Of a DNA stretch of 64,000 nt, positions 49,995-64,000 are shown one piece after another (within the stretch, counting starts at the first letter, position 1; each line of letters starts with the position of its first letter). The position numbers were made by a program, and so were the translations under genes. Origin of the DNA: Lingula anatina (lineage: Eukaryota > Animalia > Brachiopoda); NCBI GenBank assembly GCA_051362555.1, contig CM120646.1, positions 18,600,001 through 18,664,000 of the forward strand. Reading direction: 5' to 3'. The notes under the pieces were generated by a model. It saw only the letters and a program-made list of their open reading frames with translations. It was not told where the DNA came from and made no database searches.

Positions 49995-52475
49995 TATGTA
50001 CAGACACAGATGTGTCTGTACATATTGCCATCACCTGCGTCTGTCGTCGCCGATGCCGTCGCCGATGCCGATGCCGATGCCGATGCCGTCGCCGATGCCG
50101 TGCACTTTCCTTGTAAACACGATAAGTGGAGGACAGTTTTACTTTTTGGCTTTATATTTACAGAGCTGATGAATATTCATAAAACGCAGGTCAAGTTCGA
50201 AAATCAGCATGATCGGGCCATTATTGTAGAACTTATGCTGTTTTTTCACTTTTCAGCATATATGCAACCCTGTAAACACATTTTAAGGAACACCGTTAGG
50301 CCTGTTGTCATGAAACTCACAGGAGTAATCAATCTTACTAAAACGCAGGTCAAGTTCGAAAATCGGCATGATCGGGCCATTACTTTAGAAGTTATGCTGT
50401 TTTTTCACATTTCCTCAGATTCAATTCTTAGGCATGTTAACAGTCTTATTATTTTACTAATAAGATACATAAAAGTGTTTGTTTGACATTTCCTGAATCT
50501 TTACAAAATTGTTAGTTGATTATGTAAAAATGATGGTAAACTTGTTATCGTGTATTGTGTAATAAAGTGTCAAAAATGGAAATAAACTCATATCATTGCA
50601 GTTTGTCAGATGCAATCATTCACTATGTTCAGAATCTCAGGATGGAGGAAATTGGACATTTAACACTGTTGTATTGATATTTTTCCCATCTCATCAATTT
50701 TCTTAGTTGATCGTATAAAAATGGCAGTAACCTGTTAATTTTGTTTATGTTAAAAAAATTGTTAAAAATGGAAAAAAAACATTTCAGAACAGTGCTGTCT
50801 TGTTTACATTTTGGCATTTTCAAGTTGTGACTTTGAAGTTCCATGGGCCTGAAGACCTTTGCTTGTCACATTTTCTGAATATCCATGATACTAATATTTT
50901 ATTATTAAAAATTGATGGTCATTAAGCTGTTTAACATTATGTAATATTGCATCAAAATTTGAAAAAAACTTATTTTGGGCACTGCTCCCATGATGACCAT
51001 TTAAGAAAAACCATGTCACTTACTGTTCTCAAACAGTACAGTAAATATGTACAGATGTGTCTGTACATATTGCCATCACCTGCGTCTGTCGTGGCTGGCG
51101 TTGCCGTCACTGTCACTGTCACTGTCGCCGTGCACTTTCATTGTAAACGCGATAAGTGGAAGGCAGTTTTACTTTTTGGCTGTATATTTACAGAGCTGAT
51201 GAATATCCATAAAACGCAGGTCAAGTCCGAAAATCAGCATGATCGGGCCATTATTGTAGAACTTATGCTGTTTTTTCACTTTTCAGCATATATGCAACAC
51301 TGTAAACACATTTCAAGGAAAACCGTTCGGCCTGTTGTCATGAAACTCATAGGAGTAATCAATCTTACTATAACGCAGGTCAAGTTAGAAAATAGGCATG
51401 ATCGGGCCACTATTTTAGTTATGCTTTTTTTTTTCACTTTTCAGCATATATGCAACACTGTAAACACAAAATAAGAAAAACAGATAGGCCAATTGTCAGT
51501 AAACTCACAGGAGTGGTCATTCCTGCTAAAACGCAGGTTGAGTTTAAAAATCAGCTTAATTGGGCCATTATTTTGAAGAAATGCTGTTTTTTCACATTTC
51601 CTCAGATTTAATTCTTAGGCATGTTAACATGCATGTTTCATTATTTAATTAGTAAGATAAGTAAAAGTGTTTGTTTGGCATTTCCTGCATCTTTACAACA
51701 TATGTAAAAATGATGGTAAACTTGTTATCTTGTATTGTGTAATAAAGTTTCAAAAAATGGAAATAAACTCATATCATTGCAGTTTGTCAGATTCAATCAT
51801 TGACATTCACTATGTTGAGAATCTCAGAATGGAAGAAATTGGACATTTAACACTGCTCTATTGATATTTTTCCCATCTCATCAATTTTTTTAGTTGATCA
51901 TATAAAAACGGCAGTAAACTGTTAATTTTGTTTTATGTTAAAAATTGTTAAAAATGGAAAAAAAAAATTCAGAACAGTGCTGTCTTGTTTACATTTTGGC
52001 ATTTTCAAGTTGTGACTTTGAAGTTCCATGGGCCTGAAGACCTTTGCTAGTAACATTTTCTGAATATCCATAATACTCATCATTATGCTGTTAAACATTA
52101 TGTAATATTGCATCAAAATTTGAAAAAAAAAAAACTATTTTGGGCACTGCCCCCATGATGACCATTTAAGAAAAACAATGTCACTTACTGTTCTCAAACT
52201 TACAGGAAAGAAACATGGGACTAAAATACAGCTTCAGTAGGCAATGCAGTCTGTTTGGTAATTCTTACTGCCAGTTAAACAGTTTTTTTGTGAAAATTTA
52301 ATTTTTCACATATTGGCATTTTCAAGGTGTAACTTTGAAGTTCCACGGGCTTGAAGACCCATGCTAGTCACATTTTCTGAAAATCCATGTATATTTTATT
52401 ATTAAAAATTGACGGTCATTATGCTGTTAACCATTATGTAATATTGCATCAGAATAGAAGAAAACACAATTTTGG
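49995..52475 (+). mobile_element. Tandem HINE-like units (about 1.05-1.15 kb; two full copies and a partial third)
   Basis: Each unit starts with a hairpin (tatgtacagacaca-ga-tgtgtctgtacata), then a microsatellite ((gccgat)n or (gtcact)n), then ~160-bp subrepeats containing gcaggtcaagttcgaaaatcagcatgatcgggcc. Copies at about 49995-51045, 51046-52205 and, partially, 52300-52475. Confidence 0.7.
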
Positions 52476-53507
52476 GTGCTGCTTGAGCATAATTAAAATT
52501 TGATGTTGAATTTGCAGTTTAACATAATGTACTTTTGCATCAGAATTGACAGTAGCCTATTTTGTGCATAGTTATTTCCTGTTTTTTGTCTGTACATTTG
52601 ACAGCTTTGCTGCCTTGTTTCAAAATATCTGTCATTTTGATAAAATCAGCTGCATGAGATGATACCAATTGTGGGTAAACCAGAATGTTGTCAGCTGTTT
52701 CAATGGTTTCATGAAATGGCTTGAAATGATAACCCAAGTTGCACTTTACGTAGAACCATAAAGGTTGCTTTCCTCCATTTTTTTCAGTCTTTCAACCAAA
52801 ATCCTAGAGCAAATTGTGATTGTCGTAATAATAATTCTACCATTGCCCATTTAAATATGTCAGCCACTTGTTTTGTAGTTACACAAGATATATTGTGACT
52901 TTTTTAATTGTGAGAAATGTCCCTAGGGCTTTTCCAGTCATCCAAGATGAAAGTATTTCATCTGGGCTGATACCCTTGGAACTTCTATTCAAAAATCAAA
53001 TCACTTGCTCTACACTTCTTGTTGCAGAAGTGACTTTCAAGTAAGTTCCTGACCAGTCACCAGTCACATCCTAGATAATCAGACTTTTCTGAACAAGCCC
53101 CTTTTACCAGCTGTTTCTGAAATTCAATGTGAATGCCACATATACAAAAAATAATACCCCATATATGGTGCAATCTGTAGCAAATGATCACCACTGCAGA
53201 TCCTCAGATATCCTAGGGATGGTACCCAAAAAGCCAAGGGGTACCATGAAACCTGCATCATCTTCACATCATCATCATCATCATCTTGGATACAGATACA
53301 GGCATTCTTTCCGCTGCAATGACCAACTTCTGACACAAGTTCTTATTATCTTTTCAATATTGTGCTCTTTGTGTAAATGCTCCATATTAATATTTCACAT
53401 ACATAGTGCCAGAGCTTAATGTGGCCAATACAGTACCTTGAATATATTTTTTATATTTCTAAATAGAATTTTGTGGGTGAGGACTCTGACACTAAAGGCT
53501 TGTCATG

Positions 53508-56500
53508 TCAGCGTTGGGCTTTCACTTTCCACATAAGTACCAAGTAGCACAGCACCCTCAAAATCACAAAGAAAACACAAAGCACAACAAAATCAATCCA
53601 AAACTTGGCATCCTCGACGTCCATCTCTTTCAGAATGTCTGCTGGTTTGTCCAGAAAACACATCTCTTTATCACAGTCTAGTTTCTCTCTGTCAAACCCA
53701 TACACTGCATGCAGGACACCTTCAAAGGAGTAACTGGAATGCAAGGGGAAACCATTAAAAACTCAGTTTTATTTCTTGTTTTATTTCTTGAGCAAAGGAA
53801 TGATTGAGACTGGCAATGAATAAAGCAGAGAAGAAAGGTAGAAAGACTTGTTTAAAGGTGAAGATTGGGTCTTCTTAGACAAAAACTAGTTTCTTCCAAA
53901 ATTTGAAAACTGTTGCAATAATGGCTGTTATACAGTACATCTTAACAGGACTGTTAATCAAGTACACATTACACAACCAGTATTCTGATGTTAAAAGAAC
54001 ACCTATGCCATTTTTATGACTTCTACTACTTATGTAAATATATATCTAGTAAGTCATCTTTACCAATGCCACTAATGAGACTTACCGTATATAGGAGGAA
54101 TAAGACAGCCACTGTAAATATTTTGGTATAGTGTCAAAGTTGACAAAAAATCCACTAAACAGTAGTATAGGGATTGCTGTGATTGGTCCTAGAAAAACTG
54201 CAACCTATAAATAAAAATAAAAAATATTGTCAGCTGCTTTTGCATAAAACACATGAGGTGCTAGAGCCGGATTCTAAACTTGGATCCTAAAGTTGCCCTT
54301 CCCCATACCTTCATTTTTTCTTGAAAGAAAAAAAAGAAGAGCTAATAGAGTCATACAACTATTACAAGAATGTGTGACACTTTTCAAAGACAGATTTTTA
54401 CCCCATGTCATACCCTCTCTGTACCACCTTCCCACCTGCTCCAGCAAAATTTTAACCTGCCATTATTGATACACATGTAGTACCTGTAAAGACGTGGCTG
54501 CCCCAATCAACAGTCCAGTAGATTGCGCCACCAGTGCCGTCTGTGTAGATAACGTCAAGAACATCACAAAGCGCACAAAGTCATTGGGCTGGTTGGTCAT
54601 CCAGTATACTATACTGCCATAGACCAGGGGGAATATGATCTGAAAGACAAGAAATCTTATATTCAGTACGTTACATTTTCTACACATGCAATGCACTACA
54701 CTGCTACTGACCATAATCTGGAATACAAATATGGTGATAAATGTCCATTCAAAATAAAATTGCTGTTTTATAGTGTGTCATGTCAACTATACATAGCATT
54801 TTTTTCTATTTCTTTTAATATGTATTCCATAATTTTTATCCTCTCACCTGAAAAGGCATATCAGCCATGGTCTTGGCCCAGTAGTAAGCTTTCAGACTGT
54901 ACCAGTAGTTGAGGTGTTCTCTTACAAATACAGCCATCTCCATAGGGACTGGAACAGATCGTGAATATCATGAGCTTCAATGTTTCTTGACATGGATTTC
55001 ACACAGGACTACTTAACTTTTCATACAAATTCTACAAACAAACTTTGGTATGATTTCCAATCTACATAATTTTTCCATAAATATAAATATTATGTGAAAC
55101 TTTTATTAAAATAATTTGTCGGGCTTACTGTCTCTGAGACAATTATAGTATCAAATGTCTGCTAGCTTGATCTGGGACAAATCTCCAAACACCCCCTGCT
55201 GAGTGGGTGTAGACCAAGGGCTGGTCTTGTCAGTAAAGAAAATCTGGGAAAATTTCACCTGAGGTGCCCCATGTTCTAACTCTGGTGCACCAAGCACATT
55301 GTGTATACCTACATGTTAACACTGTTGGCATCAGAGCTGTGAACATCAAGAACAGCATACAGAAGAACAGGCAGCCAGCGTTGTTGAACACTTTACTGGC
55401 CTCATTGCCAATCCCTAGATACAGGAGACCAATCAGAATTCCAACGGTGAGATGGGACAGAAGGCGTAGACGGGTTAGGGTCTGAAACACAGAAAATACA
55501 CTGTTATAACAACTGTGTGTTTATGGCAGTTTTAAAATTGCTTCTTACTTTAATAAATCATAACAGGAAATAACAGGAAACAAATAACAGGAAATAAATA
55601 AATAAATAAATAAATAAATGAATAAATAAATAAATACTTACTGTGTCTCTCATTATGGACATGAAAGTTCTGATGAAGAGAATGCGAAACTGGGTGAAGG
55701 AACTGGTGGCAAATGTGTGGCGCTCACCAGGGCCAAGTTCCTGAAAGAATAAATTAACTCAAATTAACATCCTGACTTCAGCTTCAAAGGTGCACATGAA
55801 GCATTAGTACCAGCCATATGTACACACCACTGGTTGAAAAGCATGGCAATCAACAGAAAATCGCACCTTTAAACTAAAGAGCATAAAATAAGCCTTAAAT
55901 GAGCAAAGTATTAACAGTAGCAAAAATCTGTAATATCGGAGCACACTCACTTCAAAGTAAAATATAATTTATTATCTCATCTTTCAGAAGAAACCAAACA
56001 AAGTAACATTAAGGGTTGGCAATATCTTGTGTGAATTTTTTAAATGACTTCTGACCATCAATTGTTCAACAAACACAAGTATCATGGTAGTATTTCTGTG
56101 CACCTTGAAAAAGTGTCAAGCTGTGGACATGCACAGTTTTAAGGCATTAGTTGACCCAGCTTATGTCACAGCATTAAGGTAATTAAGGTAATGTTAATCT
56201 CTTTTGCTAACCAGCATAGTCACATACCGCTGCCAATATTTCAGAACTCAAAATGTACAGACTTACTGAAATAAAAAGATAGACTAATACGTGAAAACTG
56301 GAGGACTGATACTCAAAATTACACAGAGAATGGATAAAAGCATGAATTTGCAAAGATTCATAATGGCACTTAAATTCATACAGAGAAGATAATGTAAAAA
56401 GCTTAAATCAACAGTGTTTTTTAACAAGAAAAAGTTTTACTGGTTCCGCAAGCAGTTATTATGAACATTTTCTGTGGAGTATGGATCTAATTTTCACGAA

Positions 56501-59500
56501 TATTTTTCAATATTTAAGTACTATTCTTAGTCTTTTTTTTTTGCATAAGTATGAACAATTCACAAAGTTTTGACATTGCTATGACAATAAAATTACTGCA
56601 CATTTTACCATGTTTTTTTAAAATAAATTCAAAACTTGATACAAATTCACTTATGCCTTTCATATTTTTTTCCAACTTTATTAAGTAAACTGCTTGTTTC
56701 TCGCACCATATCAAACTATTGCCAATAAATAACCATGTGGTTGTCAGTATAAATACCAGTCTATATTGTTACCCATCGTCACCAATAATTAGTTAATAGT
56801 GTGTAACTGTCAACCACCCTTAGACCAGGCTACAAAGCTATCCATCCTTTATAATAATTCATGTTTTACCACCTAATTAATGTTTAACTCTAAACCTGTT
56901 ACAAACACACTTAAACTCACTAGCCTTTGATCTTTTTCAGTTCCATCGCAAATACTTGTTTTTGTTTTAGGTTGACTCCAGAGGAGAAATTAACTTTGTA
57001 TATAATATCCCAGCTGGCTATGTGATTTTAGCTTCTAAACAGAGAAAGCCAATCTAAGGGCACTTGTTTTCAATTACCTTTATAACAGCAGCTGTTGCTA
57101 AGACAACGGGGGAGGATTAGCTCAGTTTCTTATCATTTGAAATTGCAATCACGATGGGCTGAGATGGCATGGTGCTAAGTTATGCTATCCCAACTGGACT
57201 AGAAATACATCTTCATTTCTAAAATTATTCCAGGCTATAAATTCTCAAACCAGTGCACAACCCTTACAAACCAAAGATCATTTTGGATTCTAGAATGAAC
57301 TAAATAGGGCACACATTCAGGACTCGAACATAAGTCTTTAAGAAGTTAGTAAATAAAATAAATGTTAGGTGCACTTAATGAATCAAGCGACAACTGCACG
57401 CATGGGGCACCTAAACTCACACATGTAAAATATATGCAAACAAATTGTCTCACCCAGCACAATGGCACACTGTCAGCTGTCACAACTACCACAATGAAGT
57501 ATTAGTTGGCAGCAAAGAAAATGCTCATCCAGAATATTTCTAAGGCATCTCATAAGATATTTCAGGCACACAAATACCAAATAGTTTTTTATCACAATCA
57601 TTCTTAAGTTTTTTTCTAAGAAAAAAGTCTGTAAAAACAATGATAAATGAGAAATAAGAGTAGTTCTGAAAGTCCAAGGCTGAACCTTTATGAGATGTCT
57701 TGAAAACCACCTATTATCAAGAGATTTATTACCTCATCAGAGCTACTGTCCTGAGAAGAAAAAATAGCAGAAGAAAGACATTAAATATCTTAAAAAGATC
57801 AGCAGAAGATTTAGCACCAAAAATTTTGTTTTTTAATTGTCACTTGGAATGAACATATGCAAGAAAAAAATAGAGTTATGCTTGAAAATAATGCATATTC
57901 ACACACTGCAAACAGAAACTTCCTTTACCATATAATTAACAAATTGATATATATATATTCACTCTGATACCTTACAAGTATATTAACCAGTGGTTGGTTA
58001 TTGGGTACAGCTAAAGAAAATACCACCGCTTCCAGGACATTCAATGCCAATATGCACATGAAGCTCCAAACAATATTTTCAACCAATTTCAGTTCCATAA
58101 TTCACATAATGCACCTAATCTACCTATAATTCCACATTAAATGGCACGCTCAAATTTAAAGATCTCAATCAAAACAAAAGATAAAAGTGCATTCACTGAT
58201 ACAGAGGGGAATATATATATCTCATGCAAGCAAATCAATATGTGATGATTTCTATTGGGATTACACTTTCCGTTTTCAACTTTCAAGGCAAAAAATGTGC
58301 TGTGAAATGTCACAAAATCACATATGGTTCATACATAACCAAAACTATCATCAATTAGGGATAAATTGAAAATCATTGCCCATACAAAAATACATGCAGG
58401 CAAACATCTCACCTCCTGTTTCTGCCCGCAGCAGCCATTTCGGGGCAGGTAGGCATCCGGGCAGCCATTGCCATTGATGATGATAGCACCATTGTTGCCT
58501 GTCATGCCTGTGGTCTCCGTGCACTTCAAGTCATCTTCGTCCTCACCAACCGAGGCTATCTTGTCACTGATCTGTTTGATGGTGTGGTCATCGGTCATTT
58601 TAGTGAGGTCATCAGGATTCTGGAACCGTTCACATTCACCATTTTTTGTGGCCACAACGAGCCCAGGGACCCTGTCTCCATATTCTCCACAGGCAACCTC
58701 CATTACTGAAATGTTCAATATTTGGTTAACTGACACAAATAAATGTGTGAAAGCCTTCAGTAGTCATTTATTGTGTTAGGTGTGACAACTGGATGTGACA
58801 TGTCAGATTGTGATTCTTCACTTTGGAAACATTGTACACTCCCATAAGATGACATGAAAGGAAGAAAGAATGAGAAAAAATGCATTCTTAGAAAGCTATG
58901 ACATGAAAGTACGAAAGGAAGGGAGAAAACCTTTTCTGCAAATGTGCAAAAAAATTTATGACATGCCATAATCAAAATGCACTGTCTCTTACATACCGAA
59001 ATCTGCTGGGTTGTGAAACTGTGGACACACCAGCGTCTGGGCTCTGAGATATGGCACCAGTCCTGGTACATTGCCACGGTATATACACTGCCCATCCGCC
59101 AGTAGATAGAGCTGTAAACATAGCACATAAAGGTCAGGATATGAACAATACATCACTCATGATAAAACGATGGTGTTTGATGATGTACACAGTTATGCTA
59201 TACACTTTTATATTCAGATATTTGCATGGTGTTGGCCGTTACACAAAATAGTCAACGGATCATCAAAATACACTGAATATACATACATGACAATCCAACA
59301 TGTATAAGCATCACAAAACATTTATCAGTCTGTGGTTTTCAGACATCAAATGTTGGATATATTATTCATATTCGTATATATTATAAGCAAACTGGGTCAT
59401 GACAGTTGAATGACATTTCAACTGTGTCCACATTAACAATTAGGGTTCCCAGTATTTTATGGAAACAAAACCCCCAGACTTTTCCCTGATATTTTCCAGA

Positions 59501-60679
59501 TGGAAGTTAGAAATTCCAGGATAATAATTTTTTACCCGTTTCTTGCTTTAAAATATCACTTATTCTCAGGATCTATTTTCCATAGCTTTTGATAACAGAG
59601 GCGTACAAATGATAATTTTCGGGAAAATTACTCATTCATACTGTTCAAATTTGTTGAGTAATTAAATAATTACCCTTATCTCTGAGACTCAGGATGTTAA
59701 TCATAAACTGTGGACTATTCTTACCTGGTCAAACATTTCAAATAGCTTAGCACTGGGCTGGTGGACAGTGCAGATAATGGTATGGCCAACTTGAGCCAGA
59801 AACTTCAGTAAGGAAATACACTGAAAGCAGGAGGCACTATCCAGGCCACTGAAATAGACATTTTGGAAATTAAAGTTACATCATCGAAAGTTAACACATT
59901 TTGTTTGCGGCAATTAATTATTTTATGATCATCATCAATTTAACATAACTTTTATACTTCCCAAAGCATTTAACTTGTTTGGCTTGAATAAAGTCAATCT
60001 AGGATTTACATAGAACATGATTTGCAAGTATAAAACAGGTGTGTTTTGAATAGTATTAGTAAGCACATGAAGGTCATTTTTTCATTTTGTAACAAATCCT
60101 TATACAGCATATGAAAAGGCTCCTCTATTATTGGAACTTTATCTAAATATTTCCACCTGTATAAATAACCTCCAGAGCTTTAATACAGTATTTTTTACAC
60201 TGCATGATTTAATTTATTTGATACACCTATTTCACTGTCTGTTTCTTAACATCAAATGACTATGCATTATATACAGCATATTAAAAATGGAGGAAAGACA
60301 AAGCTGTAATAACAATTTTTTTACCTGTATTTTGATATTAAAATATGAACACTCTCCCTTTACTACTATGTGTCATAAGGGGTATGATACCCATCAGAAA
60401 ATCAATACTTGCACTCATAAACATGTCTCTGATTTCCACTGTATATTGATTATTCTTTAGTGCTGCCAGAGAAAACGGGGACAATGAGCAGCTTGAGGTG
60501 TGCTTATTACAGGCTGTTACTGGGGTAAATTACTGCCAGGATAATAGTTTCCTTGTCATAGATTTTAGTCTTTAACCCTGTGTAGCCTGAGAAATACCCT
60601 GGTGTGCCTTGTTTCAAAAATAGGCATGCGCGCAAGCATACCCACACATAAAAACAAACATCCACCAAATGCACGTGTA

Positions 60680-60738
<59 letters not shown>

Positions 60739-63477
60739 AGAGAGAGGGGTGCTAAAAAATATTCCTTTCTGACCTCCACTGAATAATAAATGAATGCGAC
60801 TGTTTTACCCTCCTCACCTTGTGGGCTCATCAAAGTACATGATGGGAGGGTTGTTGACCAGCTCCAGGGCTATGGACAGCCGCTTCCTCTGTCCACCAGA
60901 GAGGTTAGTGACTCGTGTCTTCTTACTGTCTATCAGGCCCAGGGTCTCTAAAATGTCGTCCACCTGTGAAAATACGTTTTGTCTTAACGCTCATTTTTTT
61001 AAAGATTTATTCATTTAAATTCATGAAAAGTAACATTCAATTTAATCTGGATAATCTAAGAATGCAAAATGCACAATGATCAAATATGACAATATGCAAC
61101 AATTATAATATACTGGCATGGTGCAGTACTTCTTTTAGCTTATTAGATATCTAGATAATTGTTTCAATAACATATTTTGAAGAAATGAAAAAGGCACATC
61201 TAGTTTCCAATACAAGCCTGACAGAGGCTCTCCTCCACTACACATAATACTCCCATGAACAATTTCAACATTATTCAGGGTTTAAGATAAACAAAAAATG
61301 AAACACATACTTGTTCACCAGCTGCTACTACAATAAAACAGTATTGAGATTCAGGGTGGTAAAGCATGCTGGTTCATAAATATTCTACACAGCTAGTCCT
61401 AATTTCCTCAAATCAGAACAAACAAAAGTATTGATGCTGCCATAAATATCTCTTCTTTCACTGAACATATCTCCTTAGACTACAAGGGCCATGCAATTCA
61501 GAGTGAACATGCTGAAAACATTTGGTTAGCAGATTCTCACACCAACTCCTGCTGAACATTCTTACCGAGTTATGGTGTCATTGAGTGTGTTTTTTTGGTA
61601 TTATTGACCACTGGTATGAACCACGATATTGCAAAAGGGGTAATGTAGGGTGTGGGTAGCAAAAGGGTTCCACTTGAAATTTCTGCATGCAAAAAGAATC
61701 TGGGGAAGATGACAAAATGGAGAGGATCTATCCTAGAAAATATTTGTTCTAGTGAATACCTAGGACTCAATTGAATTTCTGCTCTGGTGAAACCCAAGTC
61801 AGTCTTCCTTTCAGTGTTTTTTTATTATGCCTTTCTTTTTACTTATCTATATCCACCTTGGACAGAGGTAAAATCTAGTGTAGTCCTACACTATAATACT
61901 GAATAGTCTGTTTCAAATCATTCTATTTCTGATCACAGGTTTATCTCCACTGCATGCTGCATATGTGGCAATGATTTATCTCTAGCCAGTAGGTAAACAT
62001 GTCTTCATTAAATGTTTCAATGAAATGTCCCAGGAGATCCCTCAGGAAATTATATGCTCAGGTGTGCTTGGTTCATGTTTGCACATATAGTCAGTCGAAA
62101 GTTACTACTAGTACATATTTATACTTTCTCTCTTTTTTTTATTTTTTGCTTATCACAAATTCATAAAACATCCTTTTTATCACTATCAAGCCACTGCCTA
62201 GGGGGAAATTAATTACAACATTTGTCAAAATCAAATATATCCTTGCATGGCCGTAGGATGCTTGCTAAATTGATTTCATCTGGATTATCAGGACCATATC
62301 TGTCTGCTTTTCTAGACAATATCCGTCTACTTTATCTATTTTTCCTGAGCCATTATAACCCACCCTGGGTTTCATGCTTCCAAGCTGGGTAGAGGAGGAA
62401 ATCAGGACATCAGTTTGAAAAACTTCGTTGATTAGTTACAGAAATGATATAGAAAGCATTTGCATATTGCGTTAATTGGTGCCAATTATTTGCAAATAGA
62501 TGAAGCATGGAATTTGCTACAGCAAATGATAAACAGCTTGAAAATTGTAGTGTTTTGAACACTATTTTAGGATAATGTTATTATTAGTTATGCGAACAAA
62601 TAATAACATTATCCTAAAATAGTGAAACACTACAAAAACATCACTTGAAGTGTATTTGTTGAGTTGTTGATATTATAAATGCAGAATATATTACCATTTA
62701 AATATGTATCAAACAAAGAAAAATCTTTATCACAATGGAAATTCGTTAAAAAATATCTCATGAGCATCATCATAATCATGTGCCCTGCTTAACAGCAATT
62801 TGGTGATCAAATGTCTCTGTCTTATTATTATTCTTTATATACCAACCTTTTGTTTCTTCTCTGCCACTGTCATTTTCTCTGTTAGTTTGAGATTGGCACT
62901 GCACATCATGGACTCCTCCACACTTAGATGAGGCAAGAGGTGATCATCCTGCATGATGTAACAAGACATCTTGCGGAAATTGCGCAGGACCCTCGGCTTA
63001 CCATTGACTAGAATTTCTCCAGTGACAGATTTTGTCCTAAAAAAATGTAGGAATACTGAATGATATGCATAATACTGGTAATGCTGAATTACCCTTGGTT
63101 TATACAAAAGAATAAATTTAAGATAATCATCACTTAATAACAAATTTCTTGTTTATATACAGATGTGTATTAATTTCTGTATAATCAAAAAGTAAAATGT
63201 TTATCAGATCTTAAAAGTCAATTATAAGCAAATTACCAGCAAAAAACTTTATAAGCAAATCAAAACCCATCTCAAACCCACAACATATTCAAAACATATC
63301 AATGGCCAACCCATAACTAACCCAGATGTCCTTTAACATATATCACATAAACCACCCACCTGTAACCCGCCAGGATATTCAGTAAAGAAGACTTTCCAGC
63401 CCCTGAAGGCCCCATCACTGCTGTCAAGTTCCCAGCCTTGAATTTTCCAGATATACATTTCAGTATGGTTTTGTAAC
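53508..63477 (-). CDS. ABCG1: ABC transporter subfamily G member 1/4-like half transporter (5' end outside window)
   Basis: Exons 63477-63360, 63036-62847, 60963-60818, 59848-59725, 59111-58997, 58705-58413, 57750-57733, 55740-55642, 55481-55313, 54948-54848, 54639-54484, 54204-54086, 53733-53508, all in phase. Walker [17 protein letters not shown], signature LSGGQRKR, Walker [57 protein letters not shown]. Confidence 0.95.
60682..60745. repeat. (CA)n(GA)n microsatellite
   Basis: About 26 CA units followed by GA units. Confidence 0.95.
62545..62635. repeat. Long intronic inverted repeat (hairpin)
   Basis: 26-bp perfect stem cactattttaggataatgttattatt / aataataacattatcctaaaatagtg plus an 11-bp outer stem ttgtagtgttt / aaacactacaa. 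Confidence 0.85.
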
Positions 63478-64000
63478 CTGGAAAGACAAAACATGTTTCT
63501 GTGGTAGTGGTATATAAAAGTTGTTTGGTAAGCCTGGAAGGAGAAATATCTGAAAATAAGACATGAAACTGTTTTTTCATATTTTGTTCCCTGGGAAGAT
63601 CAGGAGACTTGAATTAAAAAATACATATTACTAAGTAATAGAATAACCTTTACTAGTACTGACATCACACCATGAATAGAATACGAATACTCTTCATGAG
63701 ATATGAGAGTATACAAATGGCAATCAACCTAAATAGCCTGTAATGAGTGGCAACATACAAAAACAATATAAAGTTTGCCATCAATTTTCTATGTGACAAG
63801 GCATATGGAAATTCCTCCGTCATTTTTCACCAATATGTTACCAATTTTGTCTAGAAAACAAGTAATTTGGCAAAAAATGGAAGTCAGAAAAGGCTCCAGA
63901 TAACCATTTCAGATATAACCCTTTACTATAGTTAATATGATATCAAATCCAATGTTACTTTTTTGAGTACATGGTAAACACCAATGATGCACATATATGT

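Noticed and set aside
50010-51474. Paralogous 158-aa and 175-aa ORFs
   Set aside because: They run through the microsatellite and subrepeats of HINE-like units, and their C-termini diverge by frameshift.

Overview
AT-rich, intron-rich metazoan genomic DNA. The repeat content resembles a marine invertebrate such as a mollusc, but the taxon cannot be fixed from sequence. Genes were rebuilt by hand from GT-AG exons: (1) the terminal exon of an unidentified + strand gene (259-545); (2) a complete TTC3-like TPR/RING-H2 E3 ligase on the - strand (35 coding exons, 34873->1716, about 2234 aa); (3) a miniature DAZAP2-like gene (+, 40247-41782, 94 aa); (4) eIF3 subunit F (+, 43064-46904, 272 aa); (5) most of an ABCG1/ABCG4-like half transporter (-, 63477->53508, start outside the window). 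Non-coding DNA carries Helentron-associated (HINE-like) elements, one with a 146-bp satellite showing higher-order structure and perfect DR1 motifs. It also carries several MITEs (5- and 6-bp TSDs, one IS3EU-like) and an RTE-X-like LINE fragment. The most unusual pattern is four tandem duplications that straddle real splice junctions, including a ladder of nine in-frame 5' splice sites in the TTC3-like gene. All assignments come from motif recognition without database searches, so coordinates may be off by a few bases.
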